A DNA stretch of 64,000 bases, taken from Dendrobates tinctorius. Taxonomy: Eukaryota. Shown here in pieces: positions 28,528 to 41,464 of this stretch (positions within the stretch are counted from its first letter, which is position 1; each line of letters begins with the position of its first letter). The translations under genes and the position numbers were made by a program. The stretch spans positions 6,696,001 to 6,760,000 of the forward strand of contig NW_027361695.1 in the NCBI RefSeq assembly GCF_039654945.1. Reading direction: 5' to 3'. Under the pieces are notes generated by a model, which saw only the letters and a program-made list of their open reading frames with translations, had not been told where the DNA came from and did no database searches.

Positions 28528-29047
28528 ATCTTCATTATGATCTTTACCCATAATTACAGCAAACGATGATTCTATATAAATAAATAGGGTCTGCTTCAGT
28601 CTATTACTGCAAATGTGAAGAACAGGAAGCAGGAATCTAATATTAGGCCTAGTGGTCAATGCGAAAATTGCATGATTTTTGTTTTTTTTTTGTGTAGTTA
28701 CATGAAAAACAAATAAAACAGAAAAAAAATAAAATATGTAGATTTATCCTAAAAACCTATTTAAAAGACTAGAACATTTTATGGTGACACTTTCCCTTTA
28801 AGTGCTTTAATATGATCAGGTGACTAGCACACATTGACCACTCTCACCTGTATTGGCCAATGGTTGTTGGCTGTTTCGGCTGGTTAGTTATGACTGTGCC
28901 CTACTGGTTTTTGCCTCTTCCCCTCTCTGTTAGATTGAACGAAGAGTGGTGCAGGAGATCTGGTGGACCTTCTTTGCATGGGACAACCACCAACCTTTTA
29001 CAAACTGGACACCTCCCATCTAGAGAGGTCTCTAGTTTGTCTATAGA

Positions 29048-30035
29048 GTAATAGAAACGAACCACTATGTATGGACAATCAAAAATATAAAGACAATGGG
29101 ACTGGAATATATATTTAAAAAAAAAATTTTTTTTTTTTTTTTATTCTTTAATGAGTTCAAGTCAGGCAATCATAAAAATAGTGTAAAAGCAAGTGCCAAT
29201 GGCAAACCAAAAAAATATACAATCACAATATACATATATATGATCATTCATACGGACTGTCTAATAAAATGTATCGCAATATAATATAATATATCTCCAT
29301 ATCACACACAGATATCAATAAAGGATTAAGTGTATAAAATATAAACAATATATAAGCTAGAAAATATATCAAATTACCACATACCACAGCAGAATAATTC
29401 TATCCACAATTGGGTTATAAACTAGTATATAAATCCATATTAGTAATATGCCATAGTAGTGAATAGACCTGTAACACAGTGTGTGACCATATAATGATAC
29501 TCAAACTATGGGGAGTGCCGGGCAATACCTTGAGGCTGTCTCCACACTACGGGTATGTTATATTCACATTGGCTCACATAGTTTGAGTATCATTATATGG
29601 TCACACACTGTGTTACAGGTCTATTCACTACTATGGCATATTACTAATATGGATTTATATACTAGTTTATAACCCAATTGTGGATAGAATTATTCTGCTG
29701 TGGTATGTGGTAATTTGATATATTTTCTAGCTTATATATTGTTTATATTTTATACACTTAATCCTTTATTGATATCTGTGTGTGATATGGAGATATATTA
29801 TATTATATTGCGATACATTTTATTAGTCCGTATGAATGATCATATATATGTATATTGTGATTGTATATTTTTTTGGTTTGCCATTGGCACTTGCTTTTAC
29901 ACTATTTTTATGATTGCCTGAATTGAACTCATTAAAGAATAAAAGAAAAAAAAAATAATTTTTTTTAAATATATATTCCAGTCCCATTGTCTTTATATTT
30001 TTGATTGTCCATACATAGTGGTTCGTTTCTATTAC
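29048..30035. repeat. Long near-perfect inverted repeat (arms ~460 bp, spacer 66 bp)
   Basis: 29048-29510 is the reverse complement of 29577-30035 apart from a few substitutions and indels. Confidence 0.97.
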
Positions 30036-30300
30036 AGTACTGAATGATTTCCATTCAAATCTATGACATACTAGGAATAATTTAATATGTACATTATTTG
30101 ATTTCATTATTGTCATTATATGAAGATTGATACAATATTTTATTATTTTCCTACTGTGGTGTCTATTTTGTTACTAATCAACATTTGTCTATAGAGTGCA
30201 GCGTATTGACTTTCTGTACTACAGTTTTGTATTAATTTCAATATTATTTGTATCTGTGACATTTCAAAACTCATCATAAATATTATGTTTTTAATATTAG

Positions 30301-31815
30301 AGAATAATTTCAAGAGTGGAGGAGAAGGAGGAGATGCAACAAGAAGAGAAGACAACCAATGGCCAAGATAACCAAGAAAATGAAGTAGAACCTGAAGAAC
30401 CTGAAGAAAGTCATAATGAAACCTTGGAAGAAGTTTGTGACATAGAAAATGAGATGACCGATGAGACAGAAGAAGAGACAGAAACAAATCAAAACAGCAA
30501 GGCAGAAACAGAATCGGAAAAAGACAAGAAGGGCACTGAAGAAGTTGAGGAGAATTGTCTGGAATCCCCACAGAAGGAAGAGGTTGTGAAGAAGGAACCA
30601 GAACCAGAAGAAGAGAAGAGAAGTCCCACCGCCGATGAAGCCCCAGACCCGGCTGAAAAAGCTGAGGTTAATAAACCACCGGGGAAGATCTCAAAATTAA
30701 ATATACCCAAGAAATTAGCAATGGACTCCAGTTTTATCAAGATGAGCGCGAGGCCTTCTGGAAATCAAACCAACTTGGATAGAACATTGCAGAACATCCG
30801 GGAGAACAGTTCAGATGTGAAAGAAGTCAACTTAAACAACATCGAGAATATTCCAAAGGAGATGCTGTTGGACTTCATCAACGCTTTGAAGAAAAACAAA
30901 CACGTAAAGACTTTCAGTATGACAAACGTAGGAGCCGATGAGAATGCCGCCTTCAACCTGGCCAATATGTTACGAGAAAACAGAAGCATTACCACCTTAA
31001 ACATCGAATCTAATTTTATTACTGGAAAAGGAATTGTGGCCATTGTGCGATGTCTTCAGTTCAACGAGTCCTTGACCGAGCTGAGGTTTCACAATCAAAG
31101 AAATATGTTGGGTCACCATGCCGAGATGGAAATTGCAAGACTTCTGAAGGCCAATAACACGTTGTTGAAAATGGGTTACCAATTCGAGCTGCCAGGTCCA
31201 AGAATGGTGGTCACTAATCTGCTAAGTAGAAATCTGGACAAGCAAAGGCAGAAAAGAAAAGAAGAACAACAACAGCAACAAGTTAAAGAACAGGAAGAGA
31301 TCATTAATATATTGGAAAATGGTCTAAGTATGGGAATTCCTCCAGAACTTTGGGCGATGTTGAACCAACCACCGCCAACTCCAGCTTCCAGGATGCCACC
31401 CCCAACTTCCAACTCAAGAATGTCACCGATTCCAGAGGAACCAAAAATTCCAGTGCCGCCACTTAGAAAAAGTAAACAGAACAGGGTAGAGTTTAACTTG
31501 GAAAATAAGTGCAATTCTGAGCCTCCGCCTTTCCAAGAAGTCAAGCTTAAAAAATTTCAAACAAAATCCACCGCCCAAAAGTTAAGAGATGAAGTAGATA
31601 AGACTAGTTTGCGAGACATGATACAGCTCAAAAGGGCAAAACCCCAGACAAGTGCATCTCAAAATTCAGAGCGGTCAGAGAAAACCAATCTTAAAGACGT
31701 AATAAAAACCTTGAAGCCCGTGCCAAGGAATCGCCCACCTCCTGTTGTTAACTTGACGCCAAGAGATGAGCTTCTTCAAGATATACGCCAGAGTAACGTG
31801 GCCTATCTGAAAGCG
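30301..31815 (+). CDS. LMOD3: Leiomodin-3, coding exon 2 (acidic region, LRR actin-binding domain, Pro-rich region, WH2)
   Basis: TTAATATTAG| acceptor at 30300, in frame with ORF 30316-31824; tropomodulin LRR ([32 protein letters not shown]); WH2 [18 protein letters not shown]; GCG|GTAAGA donor. Confidence 0.96.
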
Positions 31816-32356
31816 GTAAGATGATATTTGGGTGGATGTACGGTATATGTTTGATGTGGTTGATAAATATTTTAGACTACATTTTTCATACTGTTCCTGC
31901 CTTTTTGATAAATCGACCCAAATGTTTTTCATATTTTTACGTCTTTAAACAAGGCTTACACACCACCTTGATGATGAAACTTAATGGGATTGTCCATTAT
32001 TGGTTAACATCTTATTAATGGCCCTGGGGAGGTGGAAAAAAAATAAGATACCTGTCTTCCAGACTGGTGCCAAAGTTTCCTACACTAGGCCGAGAACAAC
32101 ATCTGTCAGAGGCATCACGTGAGCGCTGCAGCCAATCATTGGAAATTAATGGGCTACAACCTGCACACTTTGGCAGAGGTTCTGAGATGAAATGTGAACG
32201 CTGCAGTTGATCAGTGGCCATGGATTAGCTGCAGTTCTCACGTGACGTCCCAGCTGGATGATGATGCCAGGGATCCAGCAGGTGCCGCAGGGTAGAGAAT
32301 AATGGCGTGACGCTATTCCAGGAGGCGAGTATAATTTTTTTTCTTTTATATATGTA

Positions 32357-33341
32357 CTAGCTGAAGAGCCTGGCGTTGCCCGGGCATAGTACCTAACTGT
32401 GGGTCCCGCTCTCTTCCTTAACAGCCCCACTCTCCAGCCGCCATCACGCTCTCTCCTTCCACAGCCCTGCTCTCCAACTGCCGTCCCGTTCTATCCCTCC
32501 ACAGCCGCGCTCTACATCCGTGTCCCGCTGTCCCTCCACAGCCCTGCTCTCTCCCTCCAGAGCCCCGCTCTCTTCTCTCCACCCGCCGTCCCGTTCTATC
32601 CCTCCACAGCCGCGCTCTACATCCGTGTCCCGCTGTCCCTCCACAGCCCTGCTCTCTCCCTCCAGAGCCCCGCTCTCTTCTCTCCACCCGCCGTCCCGTT
32701 CTATCCCTCCACAGCCGCGCTCTACATCCGTGTCCCGCTGTCCCTCCACAGCCCCGCTCTCTCCCTCCAGAGCCCCGCTCTCTTCTCTCCACCCACCGTC
32801 CCGTTCTATCCCTCCACAGCTGCGCTCTACATCCGTGTCCCGCTGTCCCTCCACAGCCCTGCTCTCTCCCTCCAGAGCCCCGCTCTCTTCTCTCCACCCG
32901 CCATCCCGTTCTATCCCTCCGCAGCCGTGCTCTACATCCGTGTTCCGCTGTCCCTCCACAGCCCTGCTCTCCCGCTCTCTCCCTCCACAGCCCCGCTCTC
33001 TCCCTCCACAACCCTGCTCTCCCGCTCTCTCCCTCCACAGCGCCGCTCTCCTTTCCACCCGCCATCCCGTTCTATCTCTCCGCAGCCGTGATCTACATCC
33101 GTGTCCCGCTGTCCCTCTACAGCCCCGCTCTCTCCCTCCACAGCACCGCTCTCTTCCTCCACAGCCCCACTCTCCATGCACTGTCCTGCTGTATCCGTCC
33201 TCAGCCCCGTTCTCCATCCGCGTCCCACTCTGATGCTTCGTGATTGGTTGGTGTCCCACTCTGCTGCTTTGTGATTGGTTGATGATACACACATACATAC
33301 ATACATACATACATACACACATTCACTTTTATATATAGAGA
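32357..33341 (-). mobile_element. Non-autonomous Helitron with internal minisatellite (LMOD3 intron 2)
   Basis: Minus strand A|TCTCTATATATAAAAGTGAATG-(TATG)n ... GCCCGGGCAACGCCAGGC hairpin - TCTTCAG CTAG|T; 5' TC, 3' CTAG, A/T insertion site, no TSD. Confidence 0.8.
32455..33175 (+). repeat. 105-bp C-rich minisatellite built of ~20-bp CCCTCCACAGCC subunits, inside the Helitron
   Basis: 35-aa periodicity in all overlapping ORFs; about 4 clean copies followed by degenerate ones. Confidence 0.9.
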
Positions 33342-33448
33342 TTTTTTTGGAAAGTAGGCAGCAGTGCAAATTTTTATACTCCACTTTCATATAATCCTAA
33401 AAGTGAAATTAGTGCCGACGACTAATTACTGTATTTGGTTTATTACAG

Positions 33449-33475
33449 GTACCACTACCCAAAGAGCTGGAGTAA
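33449..33475 (+). CDS. LMOD3: Leiomodin-3, coding exon 3 (VPLPKELE*)
   Basis: TTATTACAG|GTA CCA CTA CCC AAA GAG CTG GAG TAA; matches the LMOD3 C-terminal LPKEL motif; total 610 aa. Confidence 0.92.
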   Translation, partial: VPLPKELE

Positions 33476-34097
33476 CGGCTGGGCGTGAATGTGATGAAGA
33501 CTCATACATGTAGACCGTGCAAATAATAGTGACCTAACTAAAGACAATGGGCAGACAGCTGAGAGTTCCATGGGATCAACGCAGAATAATAAAAGAGCTG
33601 GATGGATGGACGGACGGATGGAGAGCGAATGCGTCTGTTAACCCCCAGATTCAGACCGGCCACATCGGGATGTATTTATGTATCATGAATGCGAGCTGCG
33701 CCACCATCGCGCTTCAGAGCTACGACTGATATCTCCGTGCCAAAAAGAGGCATGTCTATGTTTTTTTTTTTCTGTTTGTAAATAAATTGCATCACTTGGA
33801 AGCCGGATCCCCCTACTGATACTTTAGCATGCGGCGCCATAAATATTACAAGCCCCTTCCTGTCTGGATTCCGGAGATGTGAAGGAGGGCGCCGTTGACC
33901 GGTTAGGACTTGGCGAATGAGGACGGTGAGGGACACATGTTACTGAAATGTAGAGCGAGGGCTTGGAGTCATCTAAATCCAGTCTGGAAACCCAGTTATC
34001 TAAACATTATTGGCTAGGCATAACATAATTTACCAGTATAAATCAATTTGTTAAGGAAGACCTTTAATTTACAGCAAATATGTAATTTTTACTTGGT

Positions 34098-34348
34098 ATA
34101 AACGCCGCCCTTCTGCTGAATCCGGCGATGTTTTTCTTTTGTTCCTGCGCCTCTCCGTTCCTGAGATATGGTCTCTTTTTTGTATATGAAGTTACTCTTT
34201 TTAGACAAGTGGGAGTGGTCCATAAGAAAAGTTGAGGATCACACCCAGTTGATAAAAAGACAAGGAAGATGAGGCCATATCTCAGGAACGGAGAGGAGCA
34301 GGAACAAAAGAAAAACATCGCCGGATTCAGGAGAACGGCGGCATTTAC
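34098..34348. mobile_element. Inverted-repeat MITE downstream of the LMOD3 stop codon
   Basis: CTGAATCCGGCGATGTTTTTCTTTTGTTCCTGC..CTCTCCGTTCCTGAGATATGG is inverted at ~34273-34330. Confidence 0.75.
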
Positions 34349-35596
34349 AACAGATAAAAAAAAAAAAACCCCTACAAAAAAAACAAGAGTTCACCTACAG
34401 CACCACTACTGGTAAAATGAGGCATTACACAGTTACCAGCAAAATTATAGGGCTGCCTGTGTAATGAACAAGTATACCAGGTCTGAGAGAGAGAGGCTCT
34501 TTGTAGCCACGTAAATGAATGGTCCAAAGTTATTATTTCCTAGTACATATTTATATAGGTTGAAAAAAGACTTGAGTCCGTTAAATTCAACCTTTCTCCA
34601 CCCGTTATACATTTATACTGCCCTGAGTATTGTTTAATTTTTTTAAGTGTGCCATATGGTTCCAGAGACATGTGCCTTTTTATTTAGTGCTATTTTTGAT
34701 GGGGTGTGGCTCACCTAAACACACACCCCCGAGGATCCTGTGAGCAGCACTTGCTTCGTATATGTGAGCCTCGAAATAAAAAGCCCCACATCTTTGGAAC
34801 CATATGGCGGATTTAAAAAAAAAAAAAAAAAATAAATAAAAAATTGAATACTCGGGGCAGTAGCATAAGTGCAAACATTGGTCATTTTTGACCTGGTGGC
34901 AACTACTCTTTTGATCATCAATGGCGTAAAAAGTATTGTTAAGACTTTTCTATACATTGCCTGCAATAGGTGGTCAGGACATGCTGGGAGTTGTAGTTGG
35001 AGACCACTGTGCTATAGATACTAGATAATAAAATGCTCCAGGCATGGCATCAGTCAGCAAAACGATAAACGAGCGTCGCCACAACTGATCCATACGTCCG
35101 TGTGAAAAGGGACGGCGAGACATCTGCACGTGTTCCGTACTAGAATGCTCCTATGGGGACACCACCGTTCTCATCATGTACGGAGCTCAGGCCGGGCAGG
35201 AGAAGAGGACACCACAGATCCAAGATGGAAAAACTGTAAGGAATGTTTGAAGGCAATGGAAACTCTCAGAGAAGTCTCCACGTGTTTGGTACCAAGCACC
35301 AGCGGCCTCACCACATCTGGAAACAGGAGGAGGCGACACCTGACAAGAAGCAGATGGTCCTCAGACATGTGGGCACTCGGGAGAAGAACGGCTTAGGAAG
35401 ACTATAAGTGATTGTGGATGAAATTATATCGGAGTCGTCTCAGTATTTACTGTTTATACAGACATTATACTAAAGGGAAAATAATAAACGTATCTGAACA
35501 TGTCTGTATGAGAGTAATCCCTGTCTAATATATACTTTCCTACAGTACCAACTGGATCATAAAGGGGCAGATGTGTAATGAACAGTTATGTATGTT

Positions 35597-36823
35597 CCAG
35601 CAGAATAGTGAGTGCAGCTCTGGAGTATAATTCAGGATGTAACTCAGGATCAGTAATGTATGAACACAGTGACTGTACCAGCATAATAGTGAGTGCAGCT
35701 CTGGAGTATAATTCAGGATGTAACTCAGGATCATTAATGTATGTACACAGTGACTGCACCAGCAGAATAGTGAGTGCAGCTGTGGAGTATAATACAGGAT
35801 GTAACTCAGGATCAGTAATGTAATGTATGTACACAGTGACTGCACCAGCAGAATAGTGAGTGCAGCTGTGGAGTAGAATACAGGATGTAACTCGGGATCA
35901 GTAATGTAATGTATGTACACAGTGACTGCACCAGCAGAATAGTGAGTGCAGCTCTGGAGTATAATACAGGATGTAACTCAGGATCAGTAATGTATGTACA
36001 CAGTGACTGCACCAGCAGAATAGTGAGTGCAGCTCTGGAGTATAATACAGGATGTAACTCAGGGTCAGTAATGTAATGTATGTACACAATGACTGCACCA
36101 GCAGAATAGTGAGTGCAGCTCTGGGATATAATACAGGATGTAACTCAGGATCAGTAATGTATGTACACAGTGACTGCACCAGCAGAATAGTGAGTGCAGC
36201 TCTGGGGTATAATACAGGAGGTAACTCAGGATCAGTAATGTAATGTATGTACACAGTGACTGCACCAGCAGAATAGTGAGTGCAGCTCTGGAGTATAATA
36301 CAGGATGTAACTCAGGATCAGTAATGTATGTACACAGTGACTGCACCAGCAGAATAGTGAGTGCAGCTCTGGGGTATAATACAGGATGTAACTCGGGATC
36401 AGTAATGTAATGTATGTACACAGTGACTGCACCAGCAGAATAGTGAGTGCAGCTCTGGGATATAATACAGGATGTAACTCGGGATCAGTAATGTATGTAC
36501 ACAGTGACTGCACCAGCAGAATAGTGAGTGCAGCTCTGGAGTATAATACAGGATGTAACTCAGGATCAGTAATGTATGTACACAGTGACTGCACCAGCAG
36601 AATAGTGAGTGCAGCTCTGGGGTATAATACAGGATGTAACTCGGGATCAGTAATGTAATGTATGTACACAGTGACTGCACCAGCAGAATAGTGAGTGCAG
36701 CTCTGGAGTATAATACAGGATGTAACTCGGGATCAGTAATGTAATGTATGTACACAGTGACTGCACCAGCAGAATAGTGAGTGCTGCTCTGGAGGATAAC
36801 ATAGGATCAGCACAGGATAAATG
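35597..36823 (-). repeat. 86/81-bp satellite, same family as 1-1935, opposite orientation
   Basis: Reverse complement of the unit at the window start; ~14 copies mixing 81- and 86-bp forms. Confidence 0.97.
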
Positions 36824-39800
36824 ACATAGTGTGATTTGCAAAGTTATTTGAAACCTTTTATTTATTGCTATGGAATGTGGCTTCAGGGTAAATCAGAGAC
36901 TGGTCTGTCAAGTTAAAACTTTTCTGTATAATTGTGTAGTAGCAGAAGTCTTAGCGTACGCCACACAGATAGAAAATCCTTTGACAAATTTGTTTCTGTA
37001 TTTATTTTTCTCACTTAAAATAAGCCAGTGCCTAAAGGGAAGAGAAATCAATCAGTGCTGCTCTCGAATACCTAAGTGACGGTTGTGATACCGCGCCTAT
37101 AGACTGCAGCCCGTCCTCAGGCTCCCGTGGCAGGTGAGGGGCGTTATAGAGCGCAGCTCAGGAGGTGCCTCCGCCTTCCACCTTATGACGAACGCCGCCA
37201 TAGAGATGTACGTCAGCCATTGACTAACACATTATAAAATTTAAATAAACACCCATAATCCCAGTTTTTGTCAGCTTTCAGTTTATTGGTAAGTTGCTTC
37301 TCGTTTCCCAAGCTTCCATACACATGTGAAATATTGCACTGATACTAGACTTTACACATGCATCGCTGCTAGAAGTTCTGGCTTTTGTCGTTGCCATCGA
37401 GTCAGTAAGGCCTCGGCCCTAGCTATTACTACAAGACCATATTATGTACAGCAAAACTGTGCAATACTGAGAAGAAAATCCTTTATATGAAAATCAGTAA
37501 GAGCAAGCCACCGATATCTTAGAGGAGCGGTCCGAGATTGAAGAAGAAAAAAAAAAAAAAGGAAAGGTCATTTTCCTAGGATGTCCCAGCTCTATACATC
37601 ACATAGTGGTTGTGACTGGTACTTCAAGCGTTCTGATACAATGAATGGGTGGGGAGCTCGCAGTACCCTTCATGACCACTAAACCACGTCACGAGCTGTG
37701 CCACAGCCGCTTCGATCAATTGTGTCGGGAGCCTGGTGCACCTCCTTAAAACTCAAAGTATGAAAATAGTCAAAAAAAATAATGAATGGCGTGGTCTAGG
37801 AGACAATATTCTTAAAACCATGCACATTTATAAAAAGTTGCCATGAGTATTTTATAGAAAATAATGTATGCGGTTTGGGTTGAAAAAGACACTATATGGG
37901 GGGTAAAAGGTTTCCAGAATTTTAGATATGGGATTATAGGAACTAAGGAAAAATTGGGATTTCCCTTAGAAGCCCCAGTACCGACCCTGGCAGGCAAAGG
38001 CACCCACTCCCCGCTGCTCAAGGAGATGTTCTAAGGGGGCAAAAGGAAAATAGTGAATGGATTTTACAGGAGCTCTCTGCCCCCTGAACAACAAGAAGAG
38101 GTTTTCAAAGGAGAGGGAACGTGCTCCAATTTCATATTTAGCAGTGGTGAACCAGGAATAATGGCAGTAAAAAAATGCAAATAAACATCTCCTCGTCTGC
38201 AGACCATGGCCTGTGTTACACACCAAGTCATAGAAGGAGATCCTCTTGGGATGACCAGCTGAGAGGACCGCCCCCGAGGATCAGCATTTATTTTTTTTTT
38301 TTAGGCACTGCTGTACTCATCAGGTTAGTGCTCCTTGGAGGATTTTAAGCGACAGGTGAGGTCTGAAAACAGATTAGACTAATGTGACTCATGGTTGACG
38401 GGATGGAGCAAAAGCAGAGAGGTAGCATAAACGCAGACAATGAAGAAGCCATGGTTACGAGAGAAGCTTTTGTTTTTTTTCCCCCTATTTCTTGTAGGTA
38501 AAGCATCAAATGAACTAAAGGACTTACAGATAGAAATCCCCGGGGCCCCTGTCCTAACCAAAAGTTCCCTCAACTATAAGTCACACCCCTCTCTACCAGC
38601 AGAGACTAATCCCTATAGGAATACAGAAAGGCCATTTCCTAGTTTTTGCAGTATTCTTTAAATCTTAAAAGGTGTTGTCCATTACCTAAATTCTTTAGTC
38701 CCCCATGTAAATGAAAACAGTCAGTGGGTCAAACTCCTCTCACCAGCGTGAGATAGGGATAGGATAAGATTTTTTTTTAATTATTATTCTACATGGGGAA
38801 CTACAGAACTTAAGGGGGTTGTTGAAGTTGTGGACAACTCTTTTAACAATGGGAAAAAAAAAAAAAATGACACCATTCTCACCCTCAGAATCCAGCCTAT
38901 GCTTCAACCATTTCCTGACCACCGGTGACTCGACGGCCGAGGCCAAGGAGTAATTGTGGCATCATCATCTCGCCCGATCCGGCGGAGATGGTCAGAGTGA
39001 CAGAATGGATACTTTCCCAAAAAATTGTTCCCTTCTGTGAAGTTTTACAGTAGAACATAAAACCCCTTTAAACATTACTTTTATGGACAAAATGACCCCC
39101 ATGAAGGTCATCTCTCCACGGGGCTACAGAATAGCCAACTGCTCCACCATCAGTGGGGACGCATGAGGCTTCCAACATTGGGACCATTAGTCGTACGGCC
39201 CGATCTTATTTTCTATACACTTTTACAGAACCTACAAGCATCAGTCACGGAAGGAGCAAGTTTTATTACCGCAGTGGTCCCCCGGCACCAGTCATGCGCT
39301 GCCAGTCGCCAGGTTGTCAGAGCATGCTGGGACTTATAGTTTCCCCACTGCTGGAAAATCAGAAGTCGGAGAGGACTACCCCTCCATATTTACTGCGATC
39401 AGAAAAAATAAAAAAGGCTAACGATCAAATTGCTGTTTCTATAGGACGTAAGGTTTTTGCATAGACTTTGCCTTTTATTCATGTACAAAAATTGCAGGAA
39501 AATATATATTAGGATAAATATAATTAGAAATAAAATATAATATATGAAAGAAAAAAAAAAATGGGAGAAATATAAATATGTAGGGCAAAGAATAGTCGTC
39601 CGAGATTGGAAGAAAAAAAAAAAAAAAAGGAATGCCGGCTTTTTAGTAAGGGCGTCAGTCCCTAATCGTTGTGAGCCACCCCTCGTGCAGCTCATCTGCC
39701 CCATCAGGTCCCCTTAAAGGGTAAGCGTCATCTTGCAACCTGTCGATTTAAACATAACGGCGGCGCTCTGTCCGGAGGGAACATTTACAGAGTCGTCAGC

Positions 39801-39846
39801 GCCGTTCCTAGAGGCTTTTATGGAATTGTTTTTCATGCGTCAGTAC

Positions 39847-40016
39847 TAGTGATGAGCGAACGTGCTGGGATAAGGTGTTATCTGAGCATGCTCAGATGCT
39901 AACCAAGTGACTTCGGCGTGCTCGAAAAATATGTTCAAGACGCTGCGGCTGATAGACAGCCACAACACATGTAGGGGTTACCTGTTTGTTAGGCAATCCC
40001 TGCATGTGTTGCAGCT
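39847..40016. mobile_element. Truncated copy of the TAGTGATGAGCGAA MITE
   Basis: Closely similar to the left part of 53416-53678. Confidence 0.75.
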
Positions 40017-40540
40017 GCCCCTTATGCACACAACTAAAACAGAATGTTATATAGGGACAAGACGAAAACCCCTAAAAAACTGATTAAAATAGATATAGGA
40101 CCCCCTACAAAAACAGGCATTCCTCTGTATCTGCTAAATCAACATTTCCATGACCTGACAATACTTTTTTTCGGGGGGTTGTTAAGAGGGGGGTAGGTGA
40201 CACTTGACTGAGGAGTGGTCCTCCCTATATCTCTAAGACCACACAAGAGGATGTGTCAATAGGTGCTACTGCAAGATGCCAAAAAAAAAAAAAAAAAGCA
40301 GCTGGCCCCATCGTAGAGATAGTAGCGGGGTTACCACGTCACACACAGTACAAAAAAAAAAGATGGGTCTCTGTCGGACCAATGGGATGGGGGGGGGGGG
40401 GGGGAGGAAAGATGGCAGTGAGGTGCTGCCCCCTATACACACACAACTGTAACAGAAAGATAACCTCAGGTGGTACATGACGGAGGAGCGCGGGGTCTGT
40501 GGGGGTGAGGTCGGGGGGGGGGGGGGGGTGTCGCTCGTGC

Positions 40541-40713
40541 TCATTCCTTCACTTTATTTATGACGGCAGCTAATTTTGCAAAGTGTTCCTCCTGCTGTTC
40601 CAGGGCGTCCAGTACAATCCCCATCGGAGTCTTCTTTATGCCGACGCTTTCCATCTTGTTCTCCACCTTGTTCTTGACGTTGCGGAGTCTCAGAGATGCG
40701 TGGACGAACATCA
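40541..40713 (-). CDS. ARL6IP5: ARL6IP5 (PRA1 family protein 3 / JWA), exon 3
   Basis: CTCTAG|TG ATG TTC...; [42 protein letters not shown]...KVKE*; 173 nt. Confidence 0.95.
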
Positions 40714-41136
40714 CTAGAGGGCGGAAAGAGGAAGGCGGGGGGTTATCAACAGCTATATTGCGTCCCGTCTTCATTCTTTGCAAGTCTGTTCTAAATTTTT
40801 TAAAGGAATTGTTTCAAGAAGACCCCCGCTATAAGCGGCTCTCCGGTTCTGGCGGACCCCAGCAGTCCATTCACTACAGATCTGAATGACCCCTTTAGAA
40901 TGGCGGACAATTAAAATCCGATATAGAAAAGTGACTTGTTTAATAAGTAGCTCGTATGGATAAAATACTGAAATTATGACTCCTACAGCAAAGGTAAAAG
41001 GGAACCTGTTGCCTAAACCGCAGCCAGCACGAATCGGGGGTCAGCGTTCCTTTACGTTTTTCTATATCTACCGGCCATTATGGAAAAATACAATCAACTA
41101 TAAAGAACAAAATTAAATAAATCCCCTACGACTTAC

Positions 41137-41354
41137 ATAGAAGTGGGAAGGTAATGCCAAACACGAACACCATCACTCCTCCGAACATGGAGATGACGAA
41201 GTAGCTGGACAGCATGATGGACATGATGAAAAGAGTGGGGTACTGCTTCTTAAATTTACGGACACTATCCTTATTGTGAGACGTCCACACAAACCCGAGG
41301 AAGACCAGGACCACGATGGTGGCGCCAAGGAGCATGTTGAGAGGACTTAGAAAC
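41137..41354 (-). CDS. ARL6IP5: ARL6IP5, exon 2 (transmembrane segments)
   Basis: CCTTAG|G TTT CTA AGT CCT...[10 protein letters not shown]...[12 protein letters not shown]|GTAAGT; 218 nt; phases fit both neighbouring exons. Confidence 0.95.
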
Positions 41355-41464
41355 CTAAGGTGGAAAACACAAAAGAAAGTGTGAAACCGGAAGGAAATTT
41401 ACAGTGGAGCATCACCTACAGTTCATGACGTGTGCACAAAAATCCCATTAATCCACTTTCTTTT

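Noticed and set aside
30316-31824. Stand-alone 502-aa gene
   Set aside because: It is LMOD3 exon 2; the GTG start is internal and the stop is intronic (true limits 30301-31815).
32399-33390. 152-292 aa ORFs on both strands
   Set aside because: Translations of the Helitron internal minisatellite; no Rep/helicase motifs.
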